Below, one piece after another: positions 11,761 to 25,210 of a DNA stretch of 64,000 nt. Position 1 is the stretch's first letter, and every line of letters begins with the position of its first letter. The notes beneath the pieces are model-generated. The model had not been told where the DNA came from and made no database searches. It saw only the letters and a list, made by a program, of their open reading frames with translations. The DNA lies in NCBI GenBank assembly GCA_950097015.1, contig CATNEN010000024.1:6758001-6822000 (forward strand), given 5' to 3'. Origin of the DNA: Macrostomum hystrix (Eukaryota > Animalia > Platyhelminthes). The position numbers and the translations under genes are program-made.

Positions 11761-13370
11761 GCAGTCGCGACAAATAAATGATGGTTTTGTTTCTCGCAAT
11801 TAATTAAGTTGAAACTGTGATTGACGGCGTTTTGCAATCGAAGAGGTGAGAGACAGTGGACAGGGCGGCAATGTTATTATTACAAAGGCAAGATGAACAA
11901 GAGAAAAAGAAACTAAGTGTATGCGTGGCGCGACGCGTTGGGGTTGGTGTTGCGTGAGAGTGAATAAGTGAGTGGAAGGGGTTTTTGGAAGCAAATGAAG
12001 GAGTGGGGGCAGGGTTAAAGGAAAAAGGTGGAGGAAGGAAAGGGGTGGGGTTGCAAGCAAATACGATTAGGATACAGGAATTTTTTACTGTGAGTGTATG
12101 GGATGGCCGACTAGACAAGAAAAGGTTTCTGGAGAAGCCCCGTTTTTTCACGCCCCGGGGTTGGCTGAGCCCGATTGAGCCAACCAAGCCGGGGCTTCGG
12201 GTTTGGGGTGGGGGCTGACCGGGGGTAGGTGGTGGGGGACCCGGCTTAAAGTTTGGCGAGTCAAACCCCCATTCAAGCCCCCCCTATTCACCCGCCACCC
12301 CAACCCTCCAGGGTGGCCGACTGACTGCAGTCTTCGGGACTTCGATGGGGTGGTGGGGCCGAGGGGTTTGACGGAACAGGAAAGAGAAGGGAGGGCACTC
12401 GCCGCGCCACACGCACCAAACATATTGATTCACTAATAAAGTGGCCAACAATCTTTTGGTTTTAAGTTTATAAGTCCTGGGCATGTTTGGTTTTAGATTT
12501 TCTATAATATATGCCTGCTGCGCCGCCAGTTAGGCTAGCTGGCGGCTGGCTTTGGCTGGCTTGGCTGGTGAGAGTGGCACTTGCGAATCGGTGGGGCGAG
12601 GCGGGCGTGCGCACGCGGCTATGCAAATTAATGGGAAGCGGCACTCGGCCCGCTATCCATATAGTTGTCCAATTTGATAATTAAGACTAGATAAGAAGAG
12701 ATTACAGGACATTAGGACGAATTTTAATAATTAAAATAAGAACGCAAAGGGAGCTTCCGCCCACCGGCCCCTGTTAATTTTGTTACGTTGCCAATAATTC
12801 AAGTCTATCCAAGTGTAGCATATGATTGTAATGTATTGGGGGCAATATTATTCTTCTATTGACAGAACCGCCACAGTCAATAGTTCTGCTTGCCGACTAC
12901 AGCTGCTGGTAGTCTGGGAGTTGGCACTGATGGCACGGCGCTGCTGCTAATCGGGTCATCGGCAGTCGGGCGATGTCCAGGTTGCATAAATATCAGTGAT
13001 AGAATCACCACCGGCTTGCCCAAGATGCTCCCCTGGGGGATTATCCTGCGGTGCCAACTGCCATCTGCAATGCACGCGAATAAATTTGAACCCCAGCTTT
13101 GAAAGCTGCCACTCCACTCTTTTATTGTATGCGTGCGTCACATCCCTTCTCATCCTGTCTCTTATTCCCTGAGCAGTTTCTCGTCATCTTGGAGCCAAGT
13201 TAATCATCAGTTCATGTTTAAAAAAATTCCCTATCCTGCATGCCTGCGGTAACTAAAAAAACGGTCTTGTCCCAAAAGTAATTTTTTACAATCGGCTGCT
13301 ACTATGCAGTTTCTTCCTATTTCTGCAAAGCTTTCTTGTTCTGCTTGCTCGTGTTGCACACTTTAAAATT

Positions 13371-13797
13371 CAGGGGTCGGCAAACTCCGGCCCGCGGGCC
13401 AGATGCGGCCCTCGAAGCCCCTAAATCTGGCCCGTTGCCCCTTCCACCACCTATAGTATCCTGTCTCATCTCTCTAGTGTCTTATCTGTCCTGTGTCTAA
13501 TTATCTCTCCCCTGTCTTATCTCTGCCGTGTCTCCCGTCTCTCCAGTCTTATCTATTCTCATCTCTGGCTCAATCCTCCCCTGTCTCGTCTATCCGGAGT
13601 CTCATCTCTCCCATTTCTCATCTATCCTGTGTCCCATCTCTCCCATTTATCATCTCTCCCATTTCTCATCTCTCGCATTTCTCATCTATCCTGTGTCTCA
13701 TCTCTCCCCTTTCTCATATTCCTACAGTTAATACGGCCCGCTGTCGTCCTATAGGTTCTCTCCGTGGCCCGCTCGCTAAAAAGTTTGCCGACCCCTG
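13371..13797. mobile_element. Non-autonomous hAT (Charlie/Buster-type, MER58-like ends) MITE, copy 1
   Basis: Perfect 16-bp terminal inverted repeats (TIRs) CAGGGGTCGGCAAACT / AGTTTGCCGACCCCTG. Subterminal CGGCCCGCGGGCCAGATGCGGCC recalls MER58. Flanks CTTTAAAATT / CTTTAAAT form a degenerate TSD. CT-rich interior. Confidence 0.85.
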
Positions 13798-14460
13798 CTT
13801 TAAATGCTAGTGGTCAACTCAGAAAAAAATCTATCAAGAAATCCATGGCTGCTGCGAAAAGACCTACTCATGCTGCATATCTGTCTGCCGGTCTGTATTA
13901 TGAGTGTCTGCTCTGCTTCTTATCTTATCTACTCATTCCTCTTCTTTAACTTTCTCAGTCAATCTTCATAAACACAGCCCGATACAGCCAATACATTCCG
14001 CATGGCTAGTGCATTTTTTATACACATCTTCCAAAACCTACTGTTAACGAATTCACTGACAATGGATTGCATGAAAGAAAATAAATGCATGGATAGATGG
14101 CCTGCTACACAAAGCCCCTGTCATTGTGTAAATACAAGCTCTTTAGGACCTCATAGCTGAGCTCTCTCTCTCTCAGCAGTCACCACTTTATACTTATTTT
14201 CATTTCTTTTGCCAGTCAGTCAGCAGGCTCTGCTAGATGACACCTTTGAGAGAGGCGAGCAAAGATGTGGTGCTGTATTTTATAAGAGAAATAAAGAGAG
14301 TCTTCAGTATTGGCAGAAAAACTGGCCCAGCCGCCCAAAAGCACCTTAGCGAAACCAGTGGGAGGCCGGCATTGGAGGAATGAGTTACAGTGCTTGTTCG
14401 ACAAATAGGACTAGGCTGACAGTCATTCTATTGTAGTGCGGCTCTAGTTTAACACATTCT

Positions 14461-16680
14461 AGGTTGGGCGATTTCAGGTTGGGGGATTTCAGGTTGGGGG
14501 ATTTCAGGTTGGGAGATTCCAGGTTGGGAGATTCCAGGTTGGGAGATTCCAGGTTGGGAGATTCCGGGTTGGGTGATTCTAGGATGGGAGATTCCAGGTT
14601 GGGTGATTCTAGGATGGGAGATTCCAGGTTGGGTGATTCTAGGATGGGAGATTCCAGGTTGGGAGATTCTAGGATTGGAGATTCTAGGATGGGAGATTCC
14701 AGGTTGGGTGATTCTAGGATGGGAGATTCCAGGTTGGGTGATTCTAGGATGGGAGATTCCAGGTTGGGTGATTCTAGGATGGGAGATTCCAGGTTGGGAG
14801 ATTCTAGGATGGGAGATTCCAGGTTGGGTGATTCTAGGATGGGAGATTCCAGGTTGGGTGATTCTAGGATGGGAGATTCCAGGTTGGGAGATTCTAGGAT
14901 GGGAGATTCCAGGTTGGGTGATTCTAGGATGGGAGATTCCGGGTTGGGTGATTCTAGGATGGGAGATTCCAGGTTGGGTGATTCTAGGATGGGAGATTCC
15001 AGGTTGGGTGATTCTAGGATGGGAGATTCCAGGTTGGGAGATTCTAGGATTGGAGATTCTAGGATGGGAGATTCCAGGTTGGGTGATTCTAGGATGGGAG
15101 ATTCCAGGTTGGGTGATTCTAGGATGGGAGATTCCAGGTTGGGTGATTCTAGGATGGGAGATTCCAGGTTGGGAGATTCTAGGATTGGAGATTCTAGGAT
15201 GGGAGATTCCAGGTTGGGTGATTCTAGGATGGGAGATTCCAGGTTGGGTGATTCTAGGATGGGAGATTCCAGGTTGGGTGATTCTAGGATGGGAGATTCC
15301 AGGTTGGGTGATTCTAGGATGGGAGATTCCAGGTTGGGAGATTCTAGGATTGGAGATTCTAGGATGGGAGATTCCAGGTTGGGTGATTCTAGGATGGGAG
15401 ATTCCAGGTTGGGTGATTCCAGGTTGGGAGATTCCGGGTTGGGTGATTCTAGGATGGGAGATTCCAGGTTGGGTGATTCTAGGATGGGAGATTCCAGGTT
15501 GGGTGATTCTAGGATGGGAGATTCCAGGTTGGGAGATTCTAGGATTGGAGATTCTAGGATGGGAGATTCCAGGTTGGGTGATTCTAGGATGGGAGATTCC
15601 AGGTTGGGTGATTCTAGGATGGGAGATTCCAGGTTGGGAGATTCTAGGATTGGAGATTCTAGGATGGGAGATTCCAGGTTGGGTGATTCTAGGATGGGAG
15701 ATTCCAGGTTGGGTGATTCTAGGATGGGAGATTCCAGGTTGGGTGATTCTAGGATGGGAGATTCCAGGTTGGGTGATTCTAGGATGGGAGATTCCAGGTT
15801 GGGAGATTCTAGGATTGGAGATTCTAGGATGGGAGATTCCAGGTTGGGTGATTCTAGGATGGGAGATTCCAGGTTGGGAGATTCCAGGTTGGGAGATTCC
15901 GGGTTGGGAGATTCTAGGATGGGAGATTCCAGGTTGGGAGATTCTAGGATTGGAGATTCTAGGATGGGAGATTCCAGGTTGGGTGATTCTAGGATGGGAG
16001 ATTCCAGGTTGGGTGATTCTAGGATGGGAGATTCCAGGTTGGGAGATTCTAGGATTGGAGATTCTAGGATGGGAGATTCCAGGTTGGGTGATTCTAGGAT
16101 GGGAGATTCCAGGTTGGGAGATTCCAGGTTGGGAGATTCCGGGTTGGGAGATTCTAGGATGGGAGATTCCAGGTTGGGAGATTCTAGGATTGGAGATTCT
16201 AGGATGGGAGATTCCAGGTTGGGTGATTCTAGGATGGGAGATTCCAGGTTGGGTGATTCTAGGATGGGAGATTCCAGGTTGGGAGATTCTAGGATTGGAG
16301 ATTCCAGGTTGGGTGATTCTAGGATTGGAGATTCCAGGTTGGGAGATTCTAGGATGGGAGATTCTAGGATGGGAGATTCTAGGATGGGAGATTCTAGGAT
16401 TGGAGATTCTAGGATGGGAGATTCCAGGTTGGGAGATTCTAGGATGGGAGATTCTAGGATGGGAGATTCTAGGATTGGAGATTCTAGGATGGGAGATTCC
16501 AGGTTGGGTAATTCTAGGATGGGAGATTCCAGGTTGGGAGATTCTAGGATGGGAGATTCCAGGTTGGGAGATTCCAGGTTGGGTGATTCTAGGATGGGAG
16601 ATTCCAGGTTGGGAGATTCTAGGATTGGAGTTTCTAGGATGGAAGATTCTAGGTTGGGAGATTCCAGGATGGGAGATTCC
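14461..16680. repeat. Minisatellite, 15-bp unit GGGAGATTC(C/T)AGG(T/A)T, about 148 copies, with 30-bp and larger higher-order structure
   Basis: Tandem array; explains the three 750-850 aa ORFs here. Confidence 0.97.
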
Positions 16681-17659
16681 TTCCTTCCCGACTCTTCCCT
16701 TCCTTCCCCTACCGCTCAATTCCTTCTTCCCCTTCCACTGTTCCATTTCCCTCTCCCACTCTACCATTTACCTTCTCCCACTGTCCACTCCGATTCTCCC
16801 ACTCCGTCCCTGACACTCTTTGTCTATCTATTTCTCTTCGGTCATGACTCGAAGGTCAAAAGGGCCCACCGAACCGGGTCAAGCTACGCTAAGTTGCATC
16901 CTGACATCCTATATTCCCCCCCAGAGACAAAAGTCAACCGCATGTCTAAACTGTTGATGGACGGTAAAAATAGTAGGTGCATTGCGAATTTTCGAAAACT
17001 TCAAGTAGGTTTGTGGTAACACGCACTAGTCAGGCAGCACTGCTTATAGGTCTGTTGTCACCTTTCATCTACCTTCATCTCTCCTTCCTCGCTGCCATCT
17101 CTGTTTCTCTGTCCGCTCACGCGACAACTGTCACCAAACTGCAATTCTATTCCTGATGACTGCGCCACGGGATTTAGCCACCCGCCTCAACCTCCGGGGC
17201 TTTCCTCCTCCCGCGGGGAGGCCTTGCTCGTGTGTGTTTACTCAGTCCAGGACTGAAGGGGGTAAGGACCATTCCATGGGTTGGGAGCTGCTAGCCTAGT
17301 AGATCTTTGCCTACCTTTTTATACGTTTCTGGCAGGCATGAATCTTATTAGGCGGACGGCGCAATGACCTGCATTGGGTTCCTTACTTTCGCTTTTTATC
17401 TAGAAGTTTTCCCCTTCACGAGGTCGGTTTCAAGTTAGCACCTTAATAAGTCGCACTTGCACAAGCAACTAGTTTTCAAAACTTATCACAACATGGTTTA
17501 AAGGGCCGCTTTTCACACCGAAGGGAGCTGAAGTTGAAAAATTTAGGACAACTTCCGCAAAGGAGTTTGTCCTCTAAAACTTGCGGAAAGTTTAGAGGAC
17601 AAATGATCCACTCCCCTTTTCCTGAAGTTTTAGAGGACAGCTACCTCACCACCTCTCCT

Positions 17660-18575
17660 AAAATTTGAAGGACAACTGGCTCGCTCACTCCTGAAGTTTG
17701 AAGGACAACTGTCTAGCTCTCTCCTGAAGTTTGAAGGACAACTGGCTAGCTCTCTCCTGAAGTTTGAAGGACAACTGGCTCGCTCTCTCCTGAAGTTTGA
17801 AGGACAACTGGCTAGCTCTCTCCTGAAGTTTGAAGGACAACTGGCTAGCTCTCTCCTGAAGTTTGAAGGACAACTGTCTAGCTCTCTCCTGAAGTTTGAA
17901 GGACAACTGGCTAGCTCTCTCCTGAAGTTTGAAGGACAACTGGCTAGCTCTCTCCTGAAGTTTGAAGGACAACTGTCTAGCTCTCTCCTGAAGTTTGAAG
18001 GACAACTGGCTCGCTCTCTCCTGAAGTTTGAAGGACAACTGGCTCGCTCTCTCCTGAAGTTTGAAGGACAACTGGCTAGCTCTCTCCTGAAGTTTGAAGG
18101 ACAACTGGCTCGCTCTCTCCTGAAGTTTGAAGGACAACTGTCTAGCTCTCTCCTGAAGTTTGAAGGACAACTGGCTCGCTCACTCCTGAAGTTTGAAGGA
18201 CAACTGTCTAGCTCTCTCCTGAAGTTTGAAGGACAACTGGCTAGCTCTCTCCTGAAGTTTGAAGGACAACTGTCTAGCTCTCTCTTGAAGTTTGAAGGAC
18301 AACTGGCTAGCTCTCTCTTGAAGTTTGAAGGACAACTGTCTAGCTCTCTCCTGAAGTTTGAAGGACAACTGGCTCGCTCACTCCTGAAGTTTGAAGGACA
18401 ACTGTCTAGCTCTCTCCTGAAGTTTGAAGGACAACTGGCTAGCTCTCTCCTGAAGTTTGAAGGACAACTGGCTAGCTCTCTCCTGAAGTTTGAAGGACAA
18501 CTGGCTAGCTCTCTCTTGAAGTTTGAAGGACAACTGGCTAGCTCTCTCTTGAAGTTTGAAGGACAACTGTCTAGC
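17660..18575. repeat. Minisatellite, 33-bp unit CTCTCTCCTGAAGTTTGAAGGACAACTGGCTAG, about 27 copies
   Basis: Tandem array. Confidence 0.96.
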
Positions 18576-19219
18576 GGAGAGGAGACAGAAGAAGAGTGGG
18601 GGGAATGAGGAAGCAACTAAAGGGCCAACAGCTGCCTGATTGAGAGCTGCGATCTTCAGTGCGGGGAGCTATAGGTATAGCCGGTTTGGGTTAGAGTTAA
18701 GCGTGAGTGTGTGGTGTGTGCGTGCGACTACTCCAGTCTAGCTGGACCGTCGGGTAAGCAGCAGGGCGGTCTGCTCTCTTCTCTTTACTCGGTCTCTTAT
18801 GGAAGTGATGAGGCGGGCTAGGAGCAGAAGCTGGGGAAAATGGGAGGGGGTCAGATATGCGGAGCGAGGGGCTCAACATGGAGAATGTTGGAGATTAGAG
18901 CTGCCACGGCGGACGGGATAAAATATATTGGGATATTTTCTGCTGCTCCCCAGATCAGCCGATGGGCGGCCGGGTTGTTTCCGAATCTTCGCACACAGAT
19001 CCCGGCAACGAGGGCCTGACACATGATCCACAGCTCCTGGCACTTTGGGGGGATTATATCCCACCTACCTGCATCACCTTGAAGGTTGATGGCGAATTCG
19101 GAGAGCATCCTATACTCGAAACTGGAGAGGGAATTCATTCTGTAATTAACAGGGAAGTGAGTGACTGAGTGAGCGCAGCTTTCAATCAGGCAGATGTCGG
19201 CCCTTAGTTTCTGCCTCAT

Positions 19220-19600
19220 TCCCCAACTTACTCACTCACTCACCCACTCACTCACTCACTCAATCACTCACTCACAGAGTTACAGTTTTACAGTCACACA
19301 CAGAAGTGAGTGAGTGAGTTAGTGAGTGAGTGAGTGACTGGGTGAGTGAGTGGATGAGTAAGTGAGTTAGTAAGTGAGTGAGTAAGTGAGTGAGTGAGTG
19401 AGTGATTAAGTGTGTGAGTGTGAGTGTGAGTGAGTGAGTGAGTGAGTGAGTGATTGAGTTAGTGAGTGATTGAGTGAGTGATTGAGTTAGTGAGTGAGTG
19501 AGTGGGTGAGTGAGTGAGTGGGTGAGTGAGTGAGTGAGTGGGTGAGTGAGTGAGTGGGTGAGTGAGTGAGTGAGTGGGTGAGTGGGTGAGTGAGCGGGTG
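19220..19600. repeat. (TGAG)n / (CTCA)n degenerate tetranucleotide microsatellite; a short inverted (CTCA)n block precedes the (TGAG)n block
   Basis: (CTCA)n at about 19228-19275 and (TGAG)n at about 19305-19600. Confidence 0.9.
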
Positions 19601-20234
19601 AGTGTTCCTCAGCTTCCTCGAAGAGACTCAAACACGAGCAAACAAAAAATTGACAAAGCGTAGGCAAGAGGGCCGACCAGTTTAGGAAGAGGCGCGTTTT
19701 CAGACTAATTTGTCGCACTGGCAGTTACTCCATTTGGTCTTTCATTCCTCATCCCTTCCGTCCCCAGCCGCCACACAGGCTCGCCTGGCACTTCCCTCCA
19801 CCCCACGGGTATCCCACGGGAGAGCGAGGATTTGGCCGGGTTCGATTCGGGCAACTCGAGGACGGCAGGGGATCCTCCGTGGCAGTCTGTAGCAGCGTCT
19901 ATTCCCTCTTCCCAGCCAGCCAGCCAGTTCGCATGGTGGGCCTTGCTCCCGGACATTTGGTGTGCTAGTAGATAGCGTTATTTTTTCAGCATACACTGAC
20001 TGCGTCTGTGCAGCTGCTGGATCAATTATCAATTGCATAAGCCCTTCGGCGGTCAACTAAGCTCAGAAAGCTTTTTTAATAGTGAGCATATGTTTCTAGT
20101 TGAGGACCGTTTTAGAGCAGCGATTTAAATTTGTAAACATAATTATTTAGCGGCAGAAAATTTGTGGTTAGGGGTACGAGGTAGAGGGCTAGATGAGGTA
20201 AGAGATGAGCGAAGCCACATGTGAGAACAGTGGC

Positions 20235-20890
20235 TAATGGAGGAGAGGGGGAAGTGTGAGAGAAGGGGAGTAGGAGAGAAGGGGAGAGTGAGAGAAGGGG
20301 AGTATGAGAGAGAAGGGGAGTATGAGAGAGAAGGGAGTGGGAGAGAAGGGGAGTATGAGAGAGAAGGGAGTGGGAGAGAAGGGGAGTATGAGAGAGAAGG
20401 GAGTGGGAGAGAAGGGGAGTATGAGAGAGAATGGAGTGGGAGAGAAGGGAGTGGGAGAGAAGGGGAGCATGAGAGAGAAATTGAGAGTGAGGGAGAAGGG
20501 GAGAGCGAGAGAGAAGGTGAGAGTGAGAGAGAAGGGGAGCGTGAGAGAGAAGGTGAGAGTGAGAGAGAAGGTGAGAGTGAGAGAGAAGGGGAGAGTGAGA
20601 GAGAAGGCGAGAGTGAGAGAGAAGGTGAGAGTGAGAGAGAAGGGGAGAGTGAGAGAGGTGAGAGTGAGAGAGAAGGGGAGTGAGGGAGAAAGGGAGAGTG
20701 AGAGAGAAGGGAAGTGTGTGAGAGAAGGGGAGAGTGAAAGAGAAGGGGAGAGTGAAAGAGAAGGGGAGAGTGAGAGAGAAGAGTAGAGTCGAAGATAAGT
20801 GGAGTATGTGAGAGAAGGGGAGAGTGAGAGAGAAGAGTAGATTGGGAGAGAAGAGTAGAGTGGAGAGAAGGGAGAAGAGTGTGAAAGAAA
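20235..20890. repeat. Polypurine GA-rich degenerate minisatellite (GAGAGAGAAGGGGAGT-like)
   Basis: Almost exclusively G/A on the + strand. Confidence 0.9.
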
Positions 20891-21481
20891 GGAAGAGATT
20901 GGGGGGCTGAAGTCAAGAAAACAGTATTGCTTAAAAAACGGTAATCAAATTACTTTGTTCGTCATAAAAAGCTACCAGTTTGACAAATACTGCTGTAAGG
21001 ATATAACAAATCGATAGAATTAGTGTGAGCGTGAGAACAGTTATAAATACGTACGCAGCTAGCGGTAAATGACAGACCCTAATTTCAAACACCTACGAGC
21101 TACATTGACTCGTTTCTAAGCAAGGAAATCTATTTCGAGAAATCATTGAGAGACAGTGCGATGAGAAAGAACGAGGTGAGATTGCGGGAAAATGAGAGGA
21201 ATTTAATAAAGTTAGTTTGGAGATTGTGTGAGGATGACGAGAAAATGGAACATATTAGAAATTTTACGGCAAATGAAAAGCTTTCGAGGATATAAAAGTG
21301 TCAGATGAGAGAAATTATGATTATTAGCCTGGCTGGAATGGTTAAAAAAAGTTGGAACAGGGCTTTTGTCCCCCATTGGGTCTTCAAAATTTGGGAGGCC
21401 ATACTCCCGAATAGCAGAGAATTCAGCTAAATCTGGCCCAGATGATTTCCGAACGATACTTTTACTGAGAGTACTTTCAAC

Positions 21482-23510
21482 ACTCACAATCTCCTCCCTA
21501 AAGTGTGTGGGAGCAGGGTAACTGCCCCACAAACTCCTCCCTAAAGTGTGTGGGAGCAGGGTAACTGTCCCACAATCTCCTCCCTGAAGTGTGTGGGAGC
21601 AGGGTAACTGCCCCACAAACTCCTCCCTAAAGTGTGTGGGAGCAGGGTAACTGTCCCACAATCTCCTCCCTGAAGTTTGGAGGCAGGGCGACTGTCCCAC
21701 AATCTCCTCCCTGAAGTGTGTGGGAGCAGGGTAACTCCCACAATCTCCTCCCTGAAGTTTGGAGGCAGGGCGACTGTCCCACAATCTCCTCCCTGAAGTG
21801 TGTGGGAGCAGGGTAACTGTCCCACAATCTCCTCCCTGAAGTGTGTGGGAGCAGGGTAACTGTCCCACAATCTCCTCCCTGAAGTGTGTGGGAGCAGGGT
21901 AACTGTCCCACAATCCCCTTCCTGAAGTGTGTGGGAGCAGGGTAACTGTCCCACAATCTCCTCCCTGAAGTTTGGAGGCAGGGCGACTGTCCCACAATCT
22001 CCTCCCTGAAGTGTGTGGGAGCAGGGTAACTGTCCCACAATCTCCTCCCTGAAGTGTGTGGGAGCAGGGTAACTGTCCCACAATCTCCTCCCTGAAGTGT
22101 GTGGGAGCAGGGTAACTGTCCCACAATCCCCTTCCTGAAGTGTGTGGGAGCAGGGTAACTCCCACAATCTCCTCCCTGAAGTGTGTGGGAGCAGGGTAAC
22201 TGTCCCACAATCTCCTCCCTGAAGTGTGTGGGAGCAGGGTAACTGTCCCACAATCCCCTCCCTGAAGTGTGTGGGAGCAGGGTAACTGCCCCACAATCTC
22301 CTCCCTAAAGTGTGTGGGAGCAGGGTAACTCCCACAATCTCCTCCCTGAAGTGTGTGGGAGCAGGGTAACTGTCCCACAATCTCCTCCCTGAAGTGTGTG
22401 GGAGCAGGGTAACTGTCCCACAATCTCCTCCCTGAAGTGTGTGGGAGCAGGGTAACTGTCCCACAATCTCCTCCCTGAAGTGTGTGGGAGCAGGGTAACT
22501 GCCCCACAATCCCCTCCCTGAAGTGTGTGGGAGCAGGGTAACTGTCCCACAATCTCCTCCCTGAAGTGTGTGGGAGCAGGGTAACTGTCCCACAATCTCC
22601 TCCCTGAAGTGTGTGGGAGCAGGGTAACTGTCCCACAATCTCCTCCCTGAAGTGTGTGGGAGCAGGGTAACTGCCCCACAATCTCCTCCCTAAAGTGTGT
22701 GGGAGCAGGGTAACTCCCACAATCTCCTCCCTGAAGTGTGTGGGAGCAGGGTAACTGTCCCACAATCTCCTCCCTGAAGTGTGTGGGAGCAGGGCAACTG
22801 TCCCACAATCCCCTTCCTGAAGTGTGTGGGAGCAGGGTAACTGTCCCACAATCTCCTCCCTGAAGTGTGTGGGAGCAGGGCAACTGTCCCACAATCTCCT
22901 CCCTAAAGTTTGTGGGAGCAGGGTAACTGCCCCACAATCTCCTCCCTGAAGTGTGTGGGAGCAGGGTAACTGTCCCACAATCTCCCCCCTGAAGTGTGTG
23001 GGAGCAGGGTAACTGTCCCACAATCCCCTTCCTGAAGTGTGTGGGAGCAGGGTAACTGTCCCACAATCCCCTTCCTGAAGTGTGTGGGAGCAGGGTAACT
23101 GTCCCACAATCCCCTTCCTGAAGTGTGTGGGAGCAGGGTAACTGTCCCACAATCCCCTTCCTGAAGTGTGTGGGAGCAGGGTAACTGTCCCACAATCTCC
23201 TCCCTGAAGTTTGAAGGCAGGGCGACTGTCCCACAATCTCCTCCCTGAAGTGTGTGGGAGCAGGGTAACTGTCCCACAATCCCCTTCCTGAAGTGTGTGG
23301 GAGCAGGGTAACTGTCCCACAATCTCCTCCCTGAAGTTTGGAGGCAGGGCGACTGTCCCACAATCTCCTCCCTGAAGTGTGTGGGAGCAGGGTAACTGTC
23401 CCACAATCTCCTCCCTGAAGTGCCTGAAGTGGTGGAGTAGGGCGACTCTCCCACAATGTCCTCACGGAAGTGGAGCAGGGCAACTGTCACACAATCTCCT
23501 CCCTGAAGTG
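21482..23510. repeat. Minisatellite, 43-bp unit CACAATCTCCTCCCTGAAGTGTGTGGGAGCAGGGTAACTGTCC, about 46 copies
   Basis: Tandem array; the unit lacks minus-strand stop codons, which explains the long ORFs. Confidence 0.97.
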
Positions 23511-24154
23511 TGAAATCTGAGCCCAATTGGAGTTCATGGCTGCGAATTTGAAGCACAATGCTCAAGAGAAGCAAATGTGACACTCGAATGACATTTTCAA
23601 GCCAGGAAAAAGGCTAGATTCGGACAATGTGAACAGTGTGACTAAAGCAACAGGGCCACTCACGCAAACAGTTCAAAGTCTATTGTTCCAATAAATCTAC
23701 AGCTAGCTGGCCTCTCCTTCACCAAACACACTGCCAGCTATTACAGGCGAACCCACCCGTGCGCTGCCTACCTCTAGCTTCGCTCCATTCTCTAATAGTC
23801 TATTATCAAATTAGCATAAAACTCGACGACAAATATAGGGCGACAGAAAAATACTAACTACTACTTAATTTAATGCAGAGGCAGGGATCGTCTGCACCCT
23901 AGTCCCTAGCGTATTTTAGCGCAATCTAACAAATATGCTACATTACATACTTTCTTTAAAAAAAAGCCATAAAGAAGATAAAATACTGCTGAGATTTTCA
24001 TTTAAATTGATTCAATTTTTCAAGAAAACAATTCCAAATTAGACCTGGTTTAGGCCCGCTACTGTACAGCAAAATGCCTTTACTGTTCCAAGAGAAAAAC
24101 CTAAAATTTAACCAAACAATCATCCATATGATCGAATCTCTAAGCCAAACCTGC

Positions 24155-25210
24155 TACTATATCACACCTGTGCATATGTCCCACCTGTGCCTATGTCCCA
24201 CCTGTGCCGATGTCCCACCTGTGCCTATGTCCCACCTGTGCCGATGTCCCACCTGTGCCAATATCACACCTGTGCCTATGTCCCACCTGTGCCTATGTCC
24301 CACCTGTGCCGATGTCCCACCTGTGCCTATGTCCCACCTGTGCCGATGTCCCACCTGTGCCTATGTCCCACCTGTGCCGATGTCCCACCTGTGCCAATAT
24401 CACACCTGTGCCTATGTCCCACCTGTGCCTATGTCCCACCTGTGCCGATGTCCCACCTGTGCCTATGTCCCACCTGTGCCGATGTCCCACCTGTGCCTAT
24501 GTCCCACCTGTGCCGATGTCCCACCTGTGCCAATATCACACCTGTGCCTATGTCCCACCTGTGTCTCTATCACACCTGTGCCAATATCACACCTGTGCCT
24601 ATATCCCACCTGCATCGATGTCACACCTGTGCATATGTCCCACCTGTGCCAATATCCCACCTGTGCCTATGTCCCACCTGTGTCTCTATCACACCTGTGC
24701 CAATATCACACCTGTGCCAATATCGCACCTGTGCCAATATCACACCTGTGCCAATATCACACCTGTGCCAATATCACACCTGTGCCAATATCACACCAGT
24801 GCCAATATCACACCTGTGCCTATGTCCCACCTTTGCCTATATCCCACCTGTGCCTATATCCCACCTGTGCCTATATCCCACCTGTGCCGATGTCCCACCT
24901 GTGCCTATATCCCACCTGTGCATATGTCCCACCTGTGCCGATGTCCCACCTGTGCCTATATCCCACCTGTGCATATGTCCCACCTGTGCCTATATCCCAC
25001 CTGTGCCGATGTCCCACCTGTGCCTATATCCCACCTGTGCATATGTCCCACCTGTGCATATGTCCCACCTGTGCATATGTCCCACCTGTGCCAATATCCC
25101 ACCTGTGCCTATATCCCACCTGCATCGATGTCACACCTGTGCATATGTCCCACCTGTGCCAATATCCCACCTGTGCCTATATCCCACCTGCATCGATGTC
25201 ACACCTATGC
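24155..25210. repeat. Minisatellite, 17-bp unit CACCTGTGCCTATGTCC, about 60 copies
   Basis: Tandem array. Confidence 0.96.

Noticed and set aside
12621-12628. Octamer ATGCAAAT upstream of ZNF608
   Set aside because: A single 8-mer is expected by chance in 64 kb.
12880-13153. GC-rich segment with an acceptor-like ttgcag on the minus strand, as a candidate upstream ZNF608 coding exon
   Set aside because: No family motif in any frame and no clean donor; may be UTR, not supportable.
14449-17019. Three overlapping 746-851 aa ORFs
   Set aside because: Read-through of a 15-bp stop-free tandem unit on both strands; no splice or domain support.
18685-18700. GGTTTGGGTTAGAGTTA telomere-like fragment
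   Set aside because: Too short and degenerate to call an interstitial telomeric repeat.
18851-19219. 122-aa minus-strand ORF, possibly a retroelement fragment
   Set aside because: No RT, endonuclease or zinc-knuckle motif recognised.
19780-19860. Isolated B-box GGTTCGATTC in a GC-rich island
   Set aside because: No convincing A-box, cloverleaf, tail or TSD.
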